A stretch of DNA of 58,289 nucleotides from Acidimicrobiales bacterium (GCA_020628305.1 JAHDFH010000005.1:1-58289), one strand, 5' to 3'; positions 1 through 9,451 are shown, numbered from the stretch's first letter. Notes: generated from the sequence alone by a model not told the origin. Translations and numbers: made by a program.

Positions 1-542
1 ACGATTTCAACTGAGTTGATGACAACATCGTCGAAAGGCTTGTCCATTCCATCAGTTGCTGACTTCTCGATCTTGTCAACCACTTCCTGGCCTTTAACAA
101 CTTGCCCGAAGAGAGAGTAAGCCGGTGGTAATCCAACTCCGTTAGGGCCACTCACGATAAAGAACTGCGAACCGTTTGTGTTAGGTCCCGCATTTGCCAT
201 AGCGAGAGAACCCAGCTTATATTCACCTGGGTTAGGAAGTTCATCTTCGAACTTGTAGCCAGGTCCCCCACAGCCAGACCCCTCGGGGCAGCCACCTTGA
301 ATCATAAAGCCTTCGATGACCCTGTGGAAAGTAAGAGAATCGTAGTAGTGATAACGAGCCAAACAAACGAAGTTGTTGACAGTCTTTGGAGCCTTGAGAG
401 CATCAAGAGCTATCACGATTTCACCATGATTAGTGCTCATCACTGCTTCGTATCGCTTTGAGGTGTCAATGCACATTTCGAAACTTGCATCAAACCGAGT
501 TTGTCTTTCAGATGAACCATCTACTGCAGGACACTCTGCCAT
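1..542 (-). CDS. Peptidyl-prolyl cis-trans isomerase, cyclophilin type (C-terminus runs off window edge)
   Basis: Own minus-strand translation from ATG at 540-542: MAECPAVDG...HGEIVIALDALKAPKTVNNFVCLARYHYYDSLTFHRVIEGFMIQGGCP...NAGPNTNGSQFFIV. These are cyclophilin hallmark motifs. The frame stays open to position 1. Confidence 0.9.
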   Translation of the reverse strand, partial: MAECPAVDGSSERQTRFDASFEMCIDTSKRYEAVMSTNHGEIVIALDALKAPKTVNNFVCLARYHYYDSLTFHRVIEGFMIQGGCPEGSGCGGPGYKFEDELPNPGEYKLGSLAMANAGPNTNGSQFFIVSGPNGVGLPPAYSLFGQVVKGQEVVDKIEKSATDGMDKPFDDVVINSVEI

Positions 543-608
543 TGTTTTCTCCAAACCTATTAGTTGTGTGCCAATGATGCCCAAAAGTCTGTTCTAATTG
601 CAACCAAA

Positions 609-1403
609 TCAGCTGTTTGGAGAAAGAAAGCTAGGCAACTTTTCAGAAAAAGTTACGGTTAATGCCCTTGTCGCTCGGGTAACGGCCACATACAGATCAG
701 TCAGCTGTTCGTCGAGATGCCAAAGATCTACATTAGCGACAACAACAACATCGTATTCCAAACCCTTCACCTGTTCAGGGGTGAAGAGGTGAAGGGTTTC
801 AAGATGCCTTAGCGTATCTAAGGTTGTCTCAGGGCCTACAACAGCAATGCGTTCACCTTGCAGTGACTCCCCATTCACTACATCAAGCAATCTAACAAGC
901 GAAGCAGGTTCAGAGGTTTGAGTAAAGGCAACTGGCTCACCAGATGACCGGATAGATTTTGCTTGTTGAAAATCCGGGTTGATTCGTTTCAAGACCCGCT
1001 CAGCCACTTCATTGACTTCAAGCGGAGAACGGTAGTTAACAGTCAGCTCGCGGTAGGAATAATCGTCAAAGTTATCCAATAGCAACTCTTGCCAGCTGCG
1101 CTCCGCCCCAAGAGACCTTTGTGCCAGATCTCCTACAATGGTGACCGCCCCATTGAGCGAACGACGCTTAACCATGCGCCATTGCATCGGGCTTAACTCT
1201 TGAGCTTCATCTACAATCACATGACCAAACCGCCAAGATTTTGTATCCTGAGCCAGATCAGCAACAGTTGTTGTCTGTTCGCCTAGTCCATCAATGTAGT
1301 CGGCGTTAAGCTCATCTTCACGAACTAGTTCTTCGTCGATTAGGTCATAAAAGTCTTCAACCTGACCCTTGCGCCAACCAGTTAGGCGATCATCAGCCAT
1401 CAT
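609..1403 (-). CDS. helD: UvrD/HelD-like helicase, C-terminal part (Walker B plus 2A domain); probably the 3' portion of a frameshifted single gene
   Basis: GHVIVDEAQELS (DEAQ Walker B), VGDLAQRS and KGLEYDVVVV...LYVAVTRA (UvrD C-terminal motifs). Its ATG overlaps the upstream stop as ATGA. Confidence 0.75.
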   Translation of the reverse strand: MMADDRLTGWRKGQVEDFYDLIDEELVREDELNADYIDGLGEQTTTVADLAQDTKSWRFGHVIVDEAQELSPMQWRMVKRRSLNGAVTIVGDLAQRSLGAERSWQELLLDNFDDYSYRELTVNYRSPLEVNEVAERVLKRINPDFQQAKSIRSSGEPVAFTQTSEPASLVRLLDVVNGESLQGERIAVVGPETTLDTLRHLETLHLFTPEQVKGLEYDVVVVANVDLWHLDEQLTDLYVAVTRATRALTVTFSEKLPSFLSPNS

Positions 1404-2938
1404 GTGTCCCCTTCAGCCTGGTCATACATTATGGGAAAGAGCTCGAGATCAGGATCTGATGATTTCCAAAAATCAGTCGGATCAATTGGATCTATTGAAG
1501 GGTCGGCATCGTCGTATTCGGCCAACTCAACTTCAGAATCTGCTTCGTCTTGAGACATTGCACGTTCGAACTCATCCATTCGATCCCTCAAACTCAAACG
1601 CTCCGAATCGATCTCCCCCACTAAACCATCTAGCAGGTAAGCCATTTCATCTAGCAATGGCACGTCTGCCTCTGACCAACGCCTCTTAGCCAAGCTAGCC
1701 TCGTTACTGCGCTTGCGGTGAAGTGAAAGCAAATCAGCTTCTTTCAAAAGCTCCTTACCCGCTTTTAACAGCATGGCTTTGGAACCAAGTAAGTCATTCA
1801 AGGCTTGCTCCGGAGAAAGGTCGGGCCAGTAACGGAGAGATATCTCCCTCACTTCCTCAGCTGATTTGAAAAAACCCTTTAGCTCTTCCTTGGAGTCAAA
1901 CGAAGGGCTGTAAGTCTGGGTTACTAGCTCATTCACAATAGCGCTTTTAAAGAACGCAGCGCCTTCGTTGTGGACAGCGAAGTTCTTTGCCTTTTGAAAA
2001 ATCTCCTGCAGGAACTCCTCTGAGAGCCTCTGTTTGGAGGCTCCATACCAAACATCCCAATCCTGGTCTGGTTGTATCTGCCGTAGCTCTACTGCTTTGC
2101 GAAGAAGCTCAGCCATCACAGCCGACCCTTTCAACTGAGCAACAGCCTGTGCCTCAATGTGACCTAACCGAACTCCCTGGTATAGCTTCTCTGGGGTTAA
2201 AGAAACTACACCTGACTCACCCAAAGATGGAATAACCCGAGCAATATAGTTTAGAAATTCCGCAGTTGGTCCTACTACTAAGATGCCTGTGTCTTCAAGG
2301 TCCACTCGATAGTGATAGAGCAAATAGGCCGCACGGTGTAGCGCTACTACTGTCTTGCCTGTTCCGGGACCGCCTTGAACGACGAGCGGCCTATTAGCTG
2401 GGGCTCTAACAACCTCGTCTTGTTCAGCTTGTATGGTTGCGACAACTGACTTCATAGAGTCAACAGTTGGACTTTCGACGCTAGCCAACACCGCAGCTTC
2501 GCCTCTCAAGCTGGCAACATCTGAAGTGGTGAGATAATCCACCCCAAACACTTCGTCTGAAAAATCTTCAAGTAGTGCTTCATTGCTATCGGAATAAAAG
2601 AAGTGTCGACGACTTAGGCATCCCAGCGGCTCAGAATAGGTCGCTCGATAAAACGGAGTTGCCGCCTCCGCTCGCCAATCAACCAATAGAGCGTCTTCAT
2701 CGTCGATCACGCTGTGACGTCCAACATAGAGTTTCTCGCCAGATTCTTTGGTCACCTTACCGAAGGCCAAGGAAGAACCAAGATCCTCTAGCTGACGTAA
2801 ACGCTTTAAGGCAAATATGGCCCTGTTAGACGCTTGACGCACAATGGCAGCCGAGGCAGCTGCATCAACCTCAGCGTCTTCATCAACTAGATCTCGAATT
2901 CCATCAGTTGTCATTTCGGCAGCTTCGTTAGCAAGCAT
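1400..2938 (-). CDS. helD: UvrD/HelD-like helicase, N-terminal part (Walker A)
   Basis: VVQGGPGTGKTVVALHRAAYLLY Walker A with a HelD-like N-terminal region. It ends in an acidic linker just before the Walker B ORF. Confidence 0.75.
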   Translation of the reverse strand: MLANEAAEMTTDGIRDLVDEDAEVDAAASAAIVRQASNRAIFALKRLRQLEDLGSSLAFGKVTKESGEKLYVGRHSVIDDEDALLVDWRAEAATPFYRATYSEPLGCLSRRHFFYSDSNEALLEDFSDEVFGVDYLTTSDVASLRGEAAVLASVESPTVDSMKSVVATIQAEQDEVVRAPANRPLVVQGGPGTGKTVVALHRAAYLLYHYRVDLEDTGILVVGPTAEFLNYIARVIPSLGESGVVSLTPEKLYQGVRLGHIEAQAVAQLKGSAVMAELLRKAVELRQIQPDQDWDVWYGASKQRLSEEFLQEIFQKAKNFAVHNEGAAFFKSAIVNELVTQTYSPSFDSKEELKGFFKSAEEVREISLRYWPDLSPEQALNDLLGSKAMLLKAGKELLKEADLLSLHRKRSNEASLAKRRWSEADVPLLDEMAYLLDGLVGEIDSERLSLRDRMDEFERAMSQDEADSEVELAEYDDADPSIDPIDPTDFWKSSDPDLELFPIMYDQAEGDT

Positions 2939-3082
2939 CTGAGCAAGCTGGCGGGCCTTTTCAACCTGACTTTCATGTACTCCGACTACTAGACTCAGAT
3001 ATTCTGCTTCCCTGTTAAGTTCTTCGATCTGGGCGTTGCTTTCGATATCAACACTTTACAATTTGGTGGCCCAAGCTACGAT

Positions 3083-3574
3083 GTGTTCATGAAAATAAAC
3101 GTCCAACTCTATGTGGCAATGTCAGTAGACGGATTCATTGCCACCCAGAGTGGTGATTCTGATTGGGTGTCTGACTCTGAAAATTTCGACTCAACCTTAG
3201 AGCAAGCGGGCTGCTACATAGTCGGTGGTCAAACCTACCGCCAGTACAGCCCCGATCTGTTCCCCATTGAAGGCCTACGGCAAGTGGTTGTTACAGCAGA
3301 TTCGAGTCTTGCCGAAACCACCAGCAGATCACCACAAGAGGCTCTACAACTTCTAGAAGCAAAAGGTTATGACAAAGTCGTGGTTGTTGGAGGGGCACAG
3401 ACTTGGGCAAGTTTTATCAACGCAAGCTTGGCAAATACTTTAACAGTAGAAATCGAGCCTTTGATGATCGGGGCCGGAATGACCATCGCCGAAATCACTG
3501 ACTTCAAGAAGCTCAAATTGACAAGCTTTGAACCCTTACCGGGAGGTCGGGTTAAATGCGATTACGAAATCTAG
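3083..3574 (+). CDS. Dihydrofolate reductase family protein (RibD C-terminal domain-like)
   Basis: LYVAMSVDGFIA...YIVGGQTY...VVVVGGAQTW pattern typical of the RibD_C/DHFR-like fold. Start may be GTG 3083 or ATG 3089. Confidence 0.65.
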   Translation: MFMKINVQLYVAMSVDGFIATQSGDSDWVSDSENFDSTLEQAGCYIVGGQTYRQYSPDLFPIEGLRQVVVTADSSLAETTSRSPQEALQLLEAKGYDKVVVVGGAQTWASFINASLANTLTVEIEPLMIGAGMTIAEITDFKKLKLTSFEPLPGGRVKCDYEI

Positions 3575-4119
3575 CTGCACTCGTTTAGAACAGCAATGTA
3601 TGGCAGGTTGCGGTAAATCTGGGCGTAATCGAGCCCGTAGCCCACAACGAAGTCATCGTTCTTGATCTTAAAACCGTAGTAGTCAAGTGGTGGCTCGTTA
3701 TCTTGATCGATCTCTCGCAGCAGAAGCGAGCAAGTTCGAATCGAGGCTGGGTAGCGAGACGCAAGATGATTAACCAAAAAGTTGAGCGTTAAACCAGAAT
3801 CGATAATGTCTTCAATGATGAGCACTTCACGACCAGCGACATCAGTGTCTAAATCTTTAACAATTTTTACCGCACCGGTGCTCTTAGTTCCGTCTCCGTA
3901 AGAGGAGACCGCAAGGTATTCCATCTCCACATCACAGCTCATATGCCTGACAAGATCAGAAGAAAATATTGCGCTTCCTCTCAGTACCGTGATAACTAAT
4001 GGCACTTCATCAGAGTAATCAGATGAGATTTTCTCACCGAGTTCTCGAACTCGCTCCTGTATCTCAGACGCCTCTAGGAGGGTCTTGCCTAACTGGTAAG
4101 ACTTTTCTGAAGTTTCCAC
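3571..4119 (-). CDS. hpt: Hypoxanthine phosphoribosyltransferase
   Basis: VLIIEDIIDSGLTLN PRPP-binding loop, FVVGYGLDY, about 180 aa. Confidence 0.9.
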   Translation of the reverse strand: METSEKSYQLGKTLLEASEIQERVRELGEKISSDYSDEVPLVITVLRGSAIFSSDLVRHMSCDVEMEYLAVSSYGDGTKSTGAVKIVKDLDTDVAGREVLIIEDIIDSGLTLNFLVNHLASRYPASIRTCSLLLREIDQDNEPPLDYYGFKIKNDDFVVGYGLDYAQIYRNLPYIAVLNECS

Positions 4120-4247
4120 TTCATGATTTTACACCCCTTTTGTCTTTGCTGCACGTCGACCCAAGTTGGGGACCGATTCAACCTCAATCGTTAAAATCTT
4201 GAAGAACCGTGCACCACTTGGGATCCCCTGTGATCTAAATTGGGTAG

Positions 4248-5837
4248 ATGCAAGCTGCACGTTCCCGCTCAAGCCAAATAAAGGCACTTAATGGCGGCAT
4301 CTTTGACGTGCTGGTGATTGGCGCTGGAGTTGTTGAAGCGGCCGTTTTCGAGAGCCTCGCTGCCCGAGGAATTTCAGTCGCTCTAACTTCCCCTCGAGAC
4401 TTTGGGGCCCATCCCAACCAAGATGTTCCGACGCTACTTAACGATGGTCTTGACACCACTGGCAAATCAGCAGCGGTTGATGTGCACCTCATTAACTCAG
4501 CTATCAACAGGTTAGTTGAATCGGGCAACCGCAATATCGAGAAAACTCCTTTCTTGTCCATTATCAATTCAAGTGACAAAGATAGTCTCGCAAAAACCAG
4601 CCGGCGCATCGTGACAAACACAATGGTTGCTCGAGCAGATAAACCAAACCTGGTCAGAGCCGAACCGTTACGCGACAAAGAGCCAGCGCTCCGAACAAAT
4701 GCTGTCAGGGGTGCAATAAGTTACACAACTGTCCACTGTCCTGAAGGGGCTGGCCGAATGGCCATCAACTACCTCCATGACGCTTGGGGGCACGAAGCTA
4801 ACGCAGCCGTTGCAGTGAACTATATGCGTGTGATACACGCATATAAGAAGGGCGACAAAGGTTGGGAGATAGAACTCAAAGATTCATTCACCGGCAAATG
4901 TATATCGCTTCTCGCCAAAGTAGTTGTTGACTCTGCAGGGTCTGAAGTTGCTGCTTTTCCAGAGCTGTCCTTACATGTGCAACCCACCAAAGTGTTACGC
5001 AACATCAACGTAACGCTACCCTCGCTCGTGTCGAACAAACGATTCATTCGAATTGTTAACTCTAAATCTAAACGGCTAGTCATCAGCCCGGTTAAAGGGC
5101 GTTCAATTGTGACCTCAACTGAACTGTGCGAAGGTTCGGCAACTCACTTCAACCAGGTAGACCCACAAGAGATCAGCAACATTCTGAGAGATATCAACCA
5201 ACATCTTAAGTTGGAACGAGATCTCTCGACTGATGATGTAAAGCACGCTTGGACAACTTACTCGCTGCGAAACCCTCGAAACAGCAAAGACACCTCAATC
5301 GATTCTCTTCCCCTCTTTAGGCCCAAAGAACAGATACAGATTGACGCAAATCAACGAGTCATCAATCTCATTGGGGCACGTTTAGCTACAACTACATATT
5401 TGTGCGACCAGGTCTGTAAAGCTGTTGAGCGGATGGGCATAGTTTTCAAAACCAAGCCATCAAGTCTTGAAAGCGCTAAAGAGCACCGCTATTTTCTTCA
5501 ACTAGCACACAGGGCTGAACTCTTCAAAGACTATCCGCAGATGGCGGAAATTCTTTGGCGACGGCACCGGCGAGCTAGCTTCAAACTGCTAGATACGCTA
5601 GAGTCCAATCCTGCTCTAGCCAAACCTATGGTCGGTGGCTTTGATTACATCTGGGCTGAGTTAGCAACGATTCGAGCCACGGAAATGGTCACTTGTTTGG
5701 ATGACTTCTTACTCCGAAGAACGCTCTTAGGCAGACTCGCCGGAGACAAGTTGTTCGAAATCATGTCAGAAGAGGATCTCAAGAAGGCTCTCAAGTTGGG
5801 CCCGGCTCAAACACCAGAGCCCAACTCTAAGCAGTAA
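4248..5837 (+). CDS. FAD-dependent oxidoreductase, divergent glycerol-3-phosphate dehydrogenase (GlpD)-like
   Basis: N-terminal FDVLVIGAGVVEAAVFESLAARG Rossmann-like segment and C-terminal DDFLLRRTLLG resembling the GlpD C-terminal domain. Divergent overall. Confidence 0.5.
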   Translation: MQAARSRSSQIKALNGGIFDVLVIGAGVVEAAVFESLAARGISVALTSPRDFGAHPNQDVPTLLNDGLDTTGKSAAVDVHLINSAINRLVESGNRNIEKTPFLSIINSSDKDSLAKTSRRIVTNTMVARADKPNLVRAEPLRDKEPALRTNAVRGAISYTTVHCPEGAGRMAINYLHDAWGHEANAAVAVNYMRVIHAYKKGDKGWEIELKDSFTGKCISLLAKVVVDSAGSEVAAFPELSLHVQPTKVLRNINVTLPSLVSNKRFIRIVNSKSKRLVISPVKGRSIVTSTELCEGSATHFNQVDPQEISNILRDINQHLKLERDLSTDDVKHAWTTYSLRNPRNSKDTSIDSLPLFRPKEQIQIDANQRVINLIGARLATTTYLCDQVCKAVERMGIVFKTKPSSLESAKEHRYFLQLAHRAELFKDYPQMAEILWRRHRRASFKLLDTLESNPALAKPMVGGFDYIWAELATIRATEMVTCLDDFLLRRTLLGRLAGDKLFEIMSEEDLKKALKLGPAQTPEPNSKQ

Positions 5838-5843
5838 TTAGTT

Positions 5844-6875
5844 TTATCCTTGGCCACCAGAAGATGAGCGAACGGATTGCTTTCCAGCACCTATCCAAGG
5901 CATCATCTCTCGCAACTCAGCCCCCACCTTCTCGATTGGGTGTGCATGACCTGCTTCTTCGAGCTTATGAAAGTTAGCTCGCCCAGATCGAGATTCTGAA
6001 ACCCATTCATCTGCAAATTTGCCTGTTTGAATTTCATCCAGGATTGCTTTCATCTCAGCCTTAGTTGCATCGTTTACGATCCGAGGGCCACGAGTGAGAT
6101 CGCCATACTCAGCTGTATCTGAAACTGAATAGCGCATCCCAGCGATGCCTTCTTCGTACATGAGGTCTACTATGAGTTTGAGCTCATGAAGACATTCAAA
6201 GTAAGCGACCTCTGGCTGGTACCCAGCTTCCACGAGTGTTTCAAACCCAGCTTGTACAAGGGCAGTTGCGCCGCCACAGAGCACAGCCTGTTCTCCGAAT
6301 AGATCCGTTTCGGTCTCTTCAGTGAAGGTTGTTTCGATGATTCCGGCACGTGCGCCACCAATTGCATCAGCGTATGCAAGAGCAAGGTCTTTAGCCTTGC
6401 CTGTCGCATCTTGTTCAACTGCAATTAGAGCTGGAACGCCACCCCCTTCCGTATAAGTTCTGCGAACCAAATGGCCCGGCCCTTTTGGAGCAACCATGCA
6501 CACATCAACTCCTGCTGGAGCTTCTATCAGTCCGAAGCGGATGTTAAAGCCATGAGCGAAGAAAATTGCATCACCATCGTTAAGGTTTGGCTCAATGTGA
6601 GCTTTGTAGTTGTCAGCCATTTCGGTGTCAGGGATAAGAACCATTACAAGGTCAGCTTCGGCAACAGCTTCTCCCATCGAAAGGACTTTCAGGCCTTCTG
6701 CTTCCGCTTTTGCTACGGAACTCGACCCTTCTCGAAGGCCTACTCGCACATCGATGCCTGACTCCTTCAGGTTAAGCGCATGGGCGTGACCCTGCGAGCC
6801 GTATCCGAGTACTGCTACCTTCTTATCAGCCAAGACTGATTTGTCTACATCCTTTTCGTAGTAGATGTTTGCCAT
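5844..6875 (-). CDS. ilvC: Ketol-acid reductoisomerase
   Basis: [32 protein letters not shown], class I length (343 aa). Confidence 0.97.
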   Translation of the reverse strand: MANIYYEKDVDKSVLADKKVAVLGYGSQGHAHALNLKESGIDVRVGLREGSSSVAKAEAEGLKVLSMGEAVAEADLVMVLIPDTEMADNYKAHIEPNLNDGDAIFFAHGFNIRFGLIEAPAGVDVCMVAPKGPGHLVRRTYTEGGGVPALIAVEQDATGKAKDLALAYADAIGGARAGIIETTFTEETETDLFGEQAVLCGGATALVQAGFETLVEAGYQPEVAYFECLHELKLIVDLMYEEGIAGMRYSVSDTAEYGDLTRGPRIVNDATKAEMKAILDEIQTGKFADEWVSESRSGRANFHKLEEAGHAHPIEKVGAELREMMPWIGAGKQSVRSSSGGQG

Positions 6876-6931
6876 TTGGTTGGTTCTCCTTATTTGTTGA
6901 TCTTATAAACGAAATTGTGAAACGGGCTTAG

Positions 6932-7453
6932 CTACGCCTTAGCGGTTGTCTTAGGTACTGTTACACCTATCTTTGGCGCCGCTATTCGGCCAGAACGTTG
7001 CTGTGAAATGATGTCGAAGCCCTCAAGCTGTTTCTCTAATTGGTTGATCTGGCTTGGATTAGCTTCGACGCTGAAGGCCAACTGTGAATCTGAGTCCGTA
7101 AGCACGTTTCCGTTTAGGTTGGTTATGAGCGACATCAGTTCTGGCTTATTGGTAGCAACATTTACAACCGCAATGAGCAGCTCACGTTCATACGCCGCTT
7201 CGTGAATTAGTTCTTCAATCTCAACGACATTAACAAGCTTGAACAGCTGCTTTACAACCTGCTCCAAAGGTGCAGAATCTACATTAACCACGATTGTGAT
7301 TCGACTAAAAGCCGGATCAGGGGTAGGTGCTACGGTCAGAGAGTGAATGTTATAACCTCGGCGGGCGAACAAATCTGACACTCTGGCAAGCACACCAGCC
7401 CTGTTTTCAACTAGCGCTGCGATGGTTTGTAACGATCTGTTTATTCCACTCAT
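6932..7453 (-). CDS. ilvN: Acetolactate synthase small (regulatory) subunit
   Basis: ACT domain LVENRAGVLARVSDLFARRGYNIHSL. Positioned between ilvB and ilvC. Confidence 0.93.
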   Translation of the reverse strand: MSGINRSLQTIAALVENRAGVLARVSDLFARRGYNIHSLTVAPTPDPAFSRITIVVNVDSAPLEQVVKQLFKLVNVVEIEELIHEAAYERELLIAVVNVATNKPELMSLITNLNGNVLTDSDSQLAFSVEANPSQINQLEKQLEGFDIISQQRSGRIAAPKIGVTVPKTTAKA

Positions 7454-7455
7454 GG

Positions 7456-9210
7456 CTAGTTCTCCTCTGCTTGTGATGGATGAACAATTACGTCATCATT
7501 AGGGCCACCAGCTACCACCATCGGGTAAACTTTTTCGGAGCTAAGGCATCTAAAGTCAATAACGACTGGACGGTCATTGATAGCGTTTGCTTTATCAATG
7601 GTGGAACGAACGTCGTCAATTTTATCCACCTTGAACGCTGCACAGCCCATCGACTCTGACCACTTAACATAATCTGGCACGTCATAGCCGAAATGAACTT
7701 CTGAGTATCGTTCATCATAAAAGAGCTCTTGCCATTGACGGACCATGCCAAGGTAGGCGTTGTTGATGAGCGCTACCTTTACAGGAATCTTATCGACTGC
7801 CGCTGTTATGAGCTCTTGAGCTGTCATCTGGAAACAACCATCACCATCGATGGCCCACACCATGCGGTCTGGCATGGCGGCTTTAGCGCCGATTGCTGCG
7901 GGAATTGAGAAGCCCATCGTGCCTAAACCACCTGAGTTAATCCAGGTGTACGGGTGATCGAATTTCCAGAACTGTGATGCCCACATCTGATGCTGACCTA
8001 CGCCGGCTGTGACAATCGTGTCGGCCGGACAGCTTTGCGCAATTTGTTCAATCACAAATTGAGGCTTAAGGTATTCACCCTCTTCAGATTGTTCATACAC
8101 AAGTGGGTACCGCTCTTGCCAACCTCGAATCGTGTCCCGCCAGGCTGTATGGTCAGCAAACTTGGCGGAGTCGGACACGATCTTCGCCACAATGGCTTTC
8201 ATAACATCGTTGCAATCTCCCGCAATTGCAAGTTCAGGAGCTCTAATCTTGCCGTGCTCCGCTGGGTCTATGTCGACGTGCACCACTTTGGCTTCTGGAG
8301 CGAAAGCGTCAACCTTGCCTGTGACACGATCATCAAATCGAGATCCCATAGCTATGAGCAGATCTGATTTCTGAATTGCTGTGATTGCTGTATAGTTGCC
8401 GTGCATTCCAGGCATGCCCAGACAAAGTTCGTGCGAATCAGGGAACGCCCCACGTGCCATCAAGGTTGTGACTACTGGTATGTCGCCTAGTTCTGCCAAC
8501 TCGAGAAGAACTTCAGCAGCTCGAGCTTTCAGAACACCTCCACCTACGTACAGCACGGGGCGTTCTGCTTCGAGCAGCATCTCGACGGCTTGATTGATCT
8601 GCTCTACATTGATTTCAAACTCGGGATTGTAACCAGGGAGATCAATAGTGTCTGGGTAGTACCAATCGAAGTGGGCGTCAGGATTGTTAGCCGCAACGAT
8701 GCTCTTTGGTATATCAACTAGGACTGGGCCAGGTCGCCCCGTTGTGGCTATATGAAAGGCTTCGTGAATAATTCGAGGAATGTCCTCAGCCTTAGTTACG
8801 AGGTAGTTATGTTTGGTGATCGAACGCGTTATGCCCGTGGTGTCGACTTCTTGAAACGCATCGGTACCAATGTTTGGAAGCGCAACCTGGCCGGTAATAC
8901 AAACCATTGGGACTGAATCCAAGTATGCGTCGGCTAATGCCGTCACAACGTTAGTTGCAGCCGGTCCCGATGTAACCATGCAAACACCTGGTTTACCAGT
9001 TGCGTGGGCGTAGCCTTCTGCCATATGCCCGGCGCCCTGTTCATGCCTTACAAGAATGTGTCGGATGGGAGTATCGATTAGCGGATCATAGACGGGAAGG
9101 ATCGCACCACCGGGATAGCCGAAGATAACTTCAACACCTTCCATCTCAAGGCTCTTGATAACTGCTTGAGCCCCATTAATTCTTTTTTCTGAGATTTTTT
9201 CTGTTGTCAT
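7456..9210 (-). CDS. ilvB: Acetolactate synthase large subunit
   Basis: ThDP enzyme motifs: GYPGGAILPVYD, GGLGTMGF, IDGDGCFQM...NNAYLGMVRQWQ. Confidence 0.97.
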   Translation of the reverse strand: MTTEKISEKRINGAQAVIKSLEMEGVEVIFGYPGGAILPVYDPLIDTPIRHILVRHEQGAGHMAEGYAHATGKPGVCMVTSGPAATNVVTALADAYLDSVPMVCITGQVALPNIGTDAFQEVDTTGITRSITKHNYLVTKAEDIPRIIHEAFHIATTGRPGPVLVDIPKSIVAANNPDAHFDWYYPDTIDLPGYNPEFEINVEQINQAVEMLLEAERPVLYVGGGVLKARAAEVLLELAELGDIPVVTTLMARGAFPDSHELCLGMPGMHGNYTAITAIQKSDLLIAMGSRFDDRVTGKVDAFAPEAKVVHVDIDPAEHGKIRAPELAIAGDCNDVMKAIVAKIVSDSAKFADHTAWRDTIRGWQERYPLVYEQSEEGEYLKPQFVIEQIAQSCPADTIVTAGVGQHQMWASQFWKFDHPYTWINSGGLGTMGFSIPAAIGAKAAMPDRMVWAIDGDGCFQMTAQELITAAVDKIPVKVALINNAYLGMVRQWQELFYDERYSEVHFGYDVPDYVKWSESMGCAAFKVDKIDDVRSTIDKANAINDRPVVIDFRCLSSEKVYPMVVAGGPNDDVIVHPSQAEEN

Positions 9211-9268
9211 TCAAAGTACCTAACTTGCAAATACTACCTCTTAGAAGCTGAAAAATTAATTTCCTCCC

Positions 9269-9299
9269 AAAACGACAAAACCTCCCACTTGGGGAGGTT
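9269..9299 (-). terminator. Attenuator terminator of the ilvB leader
   Basis: Minus strand reads AACCTCCC-CAAGT-GGGAGGTT followed by TTGTCGTTTT. It lies between the leader ORF and the ilvB start. Confidence 0.65.
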
Positions 9300-9327
9300 C
9301 AGCGCACGCAGGAGAGTCCTTCGTGCG

Positions 9328-9363
9328 CTACATAAGGACCACGACGAGAGACAAAGACTTCAT
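9328..9363 (-). CDS. ilvBNC leader peptide MKSLSLVVVLM (11 aa)
   Basis: Own translation: ATG AAG TCT TTG TCT CTC GTC GTG GTC CTT ATG TAG. 7 of 11 codons are Leu/Val, including a VVV run. A hairpin and then a terminator follow immediately, upstream of ilvB. Confidence 0.6.
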   Translation of the reverse strand: MKSLSLVVVLM

Positions 9364-9451
9364 AACGTTCAAACTAGCAGAATTCAGTCACTTTCAAATG
9401 GCTTTTCAAGCGATCTTTACGAAAAGTCCGAAACTTATAGAGTTGAGAATG

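Larger units (their letters stand above)
9262..9363 (-). promoter_or_regulatory. Branched-chain amino acid transcription attenuator (leader ORF, GC hairpin 9302-9328, terminator)
   Basis: GCGCACG/CGTGCGC 7-bp stem that starts at the leader stop codon. GGTCCTT in the Val-Leu codons can pair with AAGGACT in that hairpin's loop. A terminator follows. Confidence 0.55.

Noticed and set aside
1400-1413. Programmed -1 ribosomal frameshift joining the two HelD ORFs.
   Set aside because: There is no X XXY YYZ slippery heptamer and no obvious downstream structure. A homopolymer indel or a true split is the simpler explanation. It is kept only as an alternative in the related finding.
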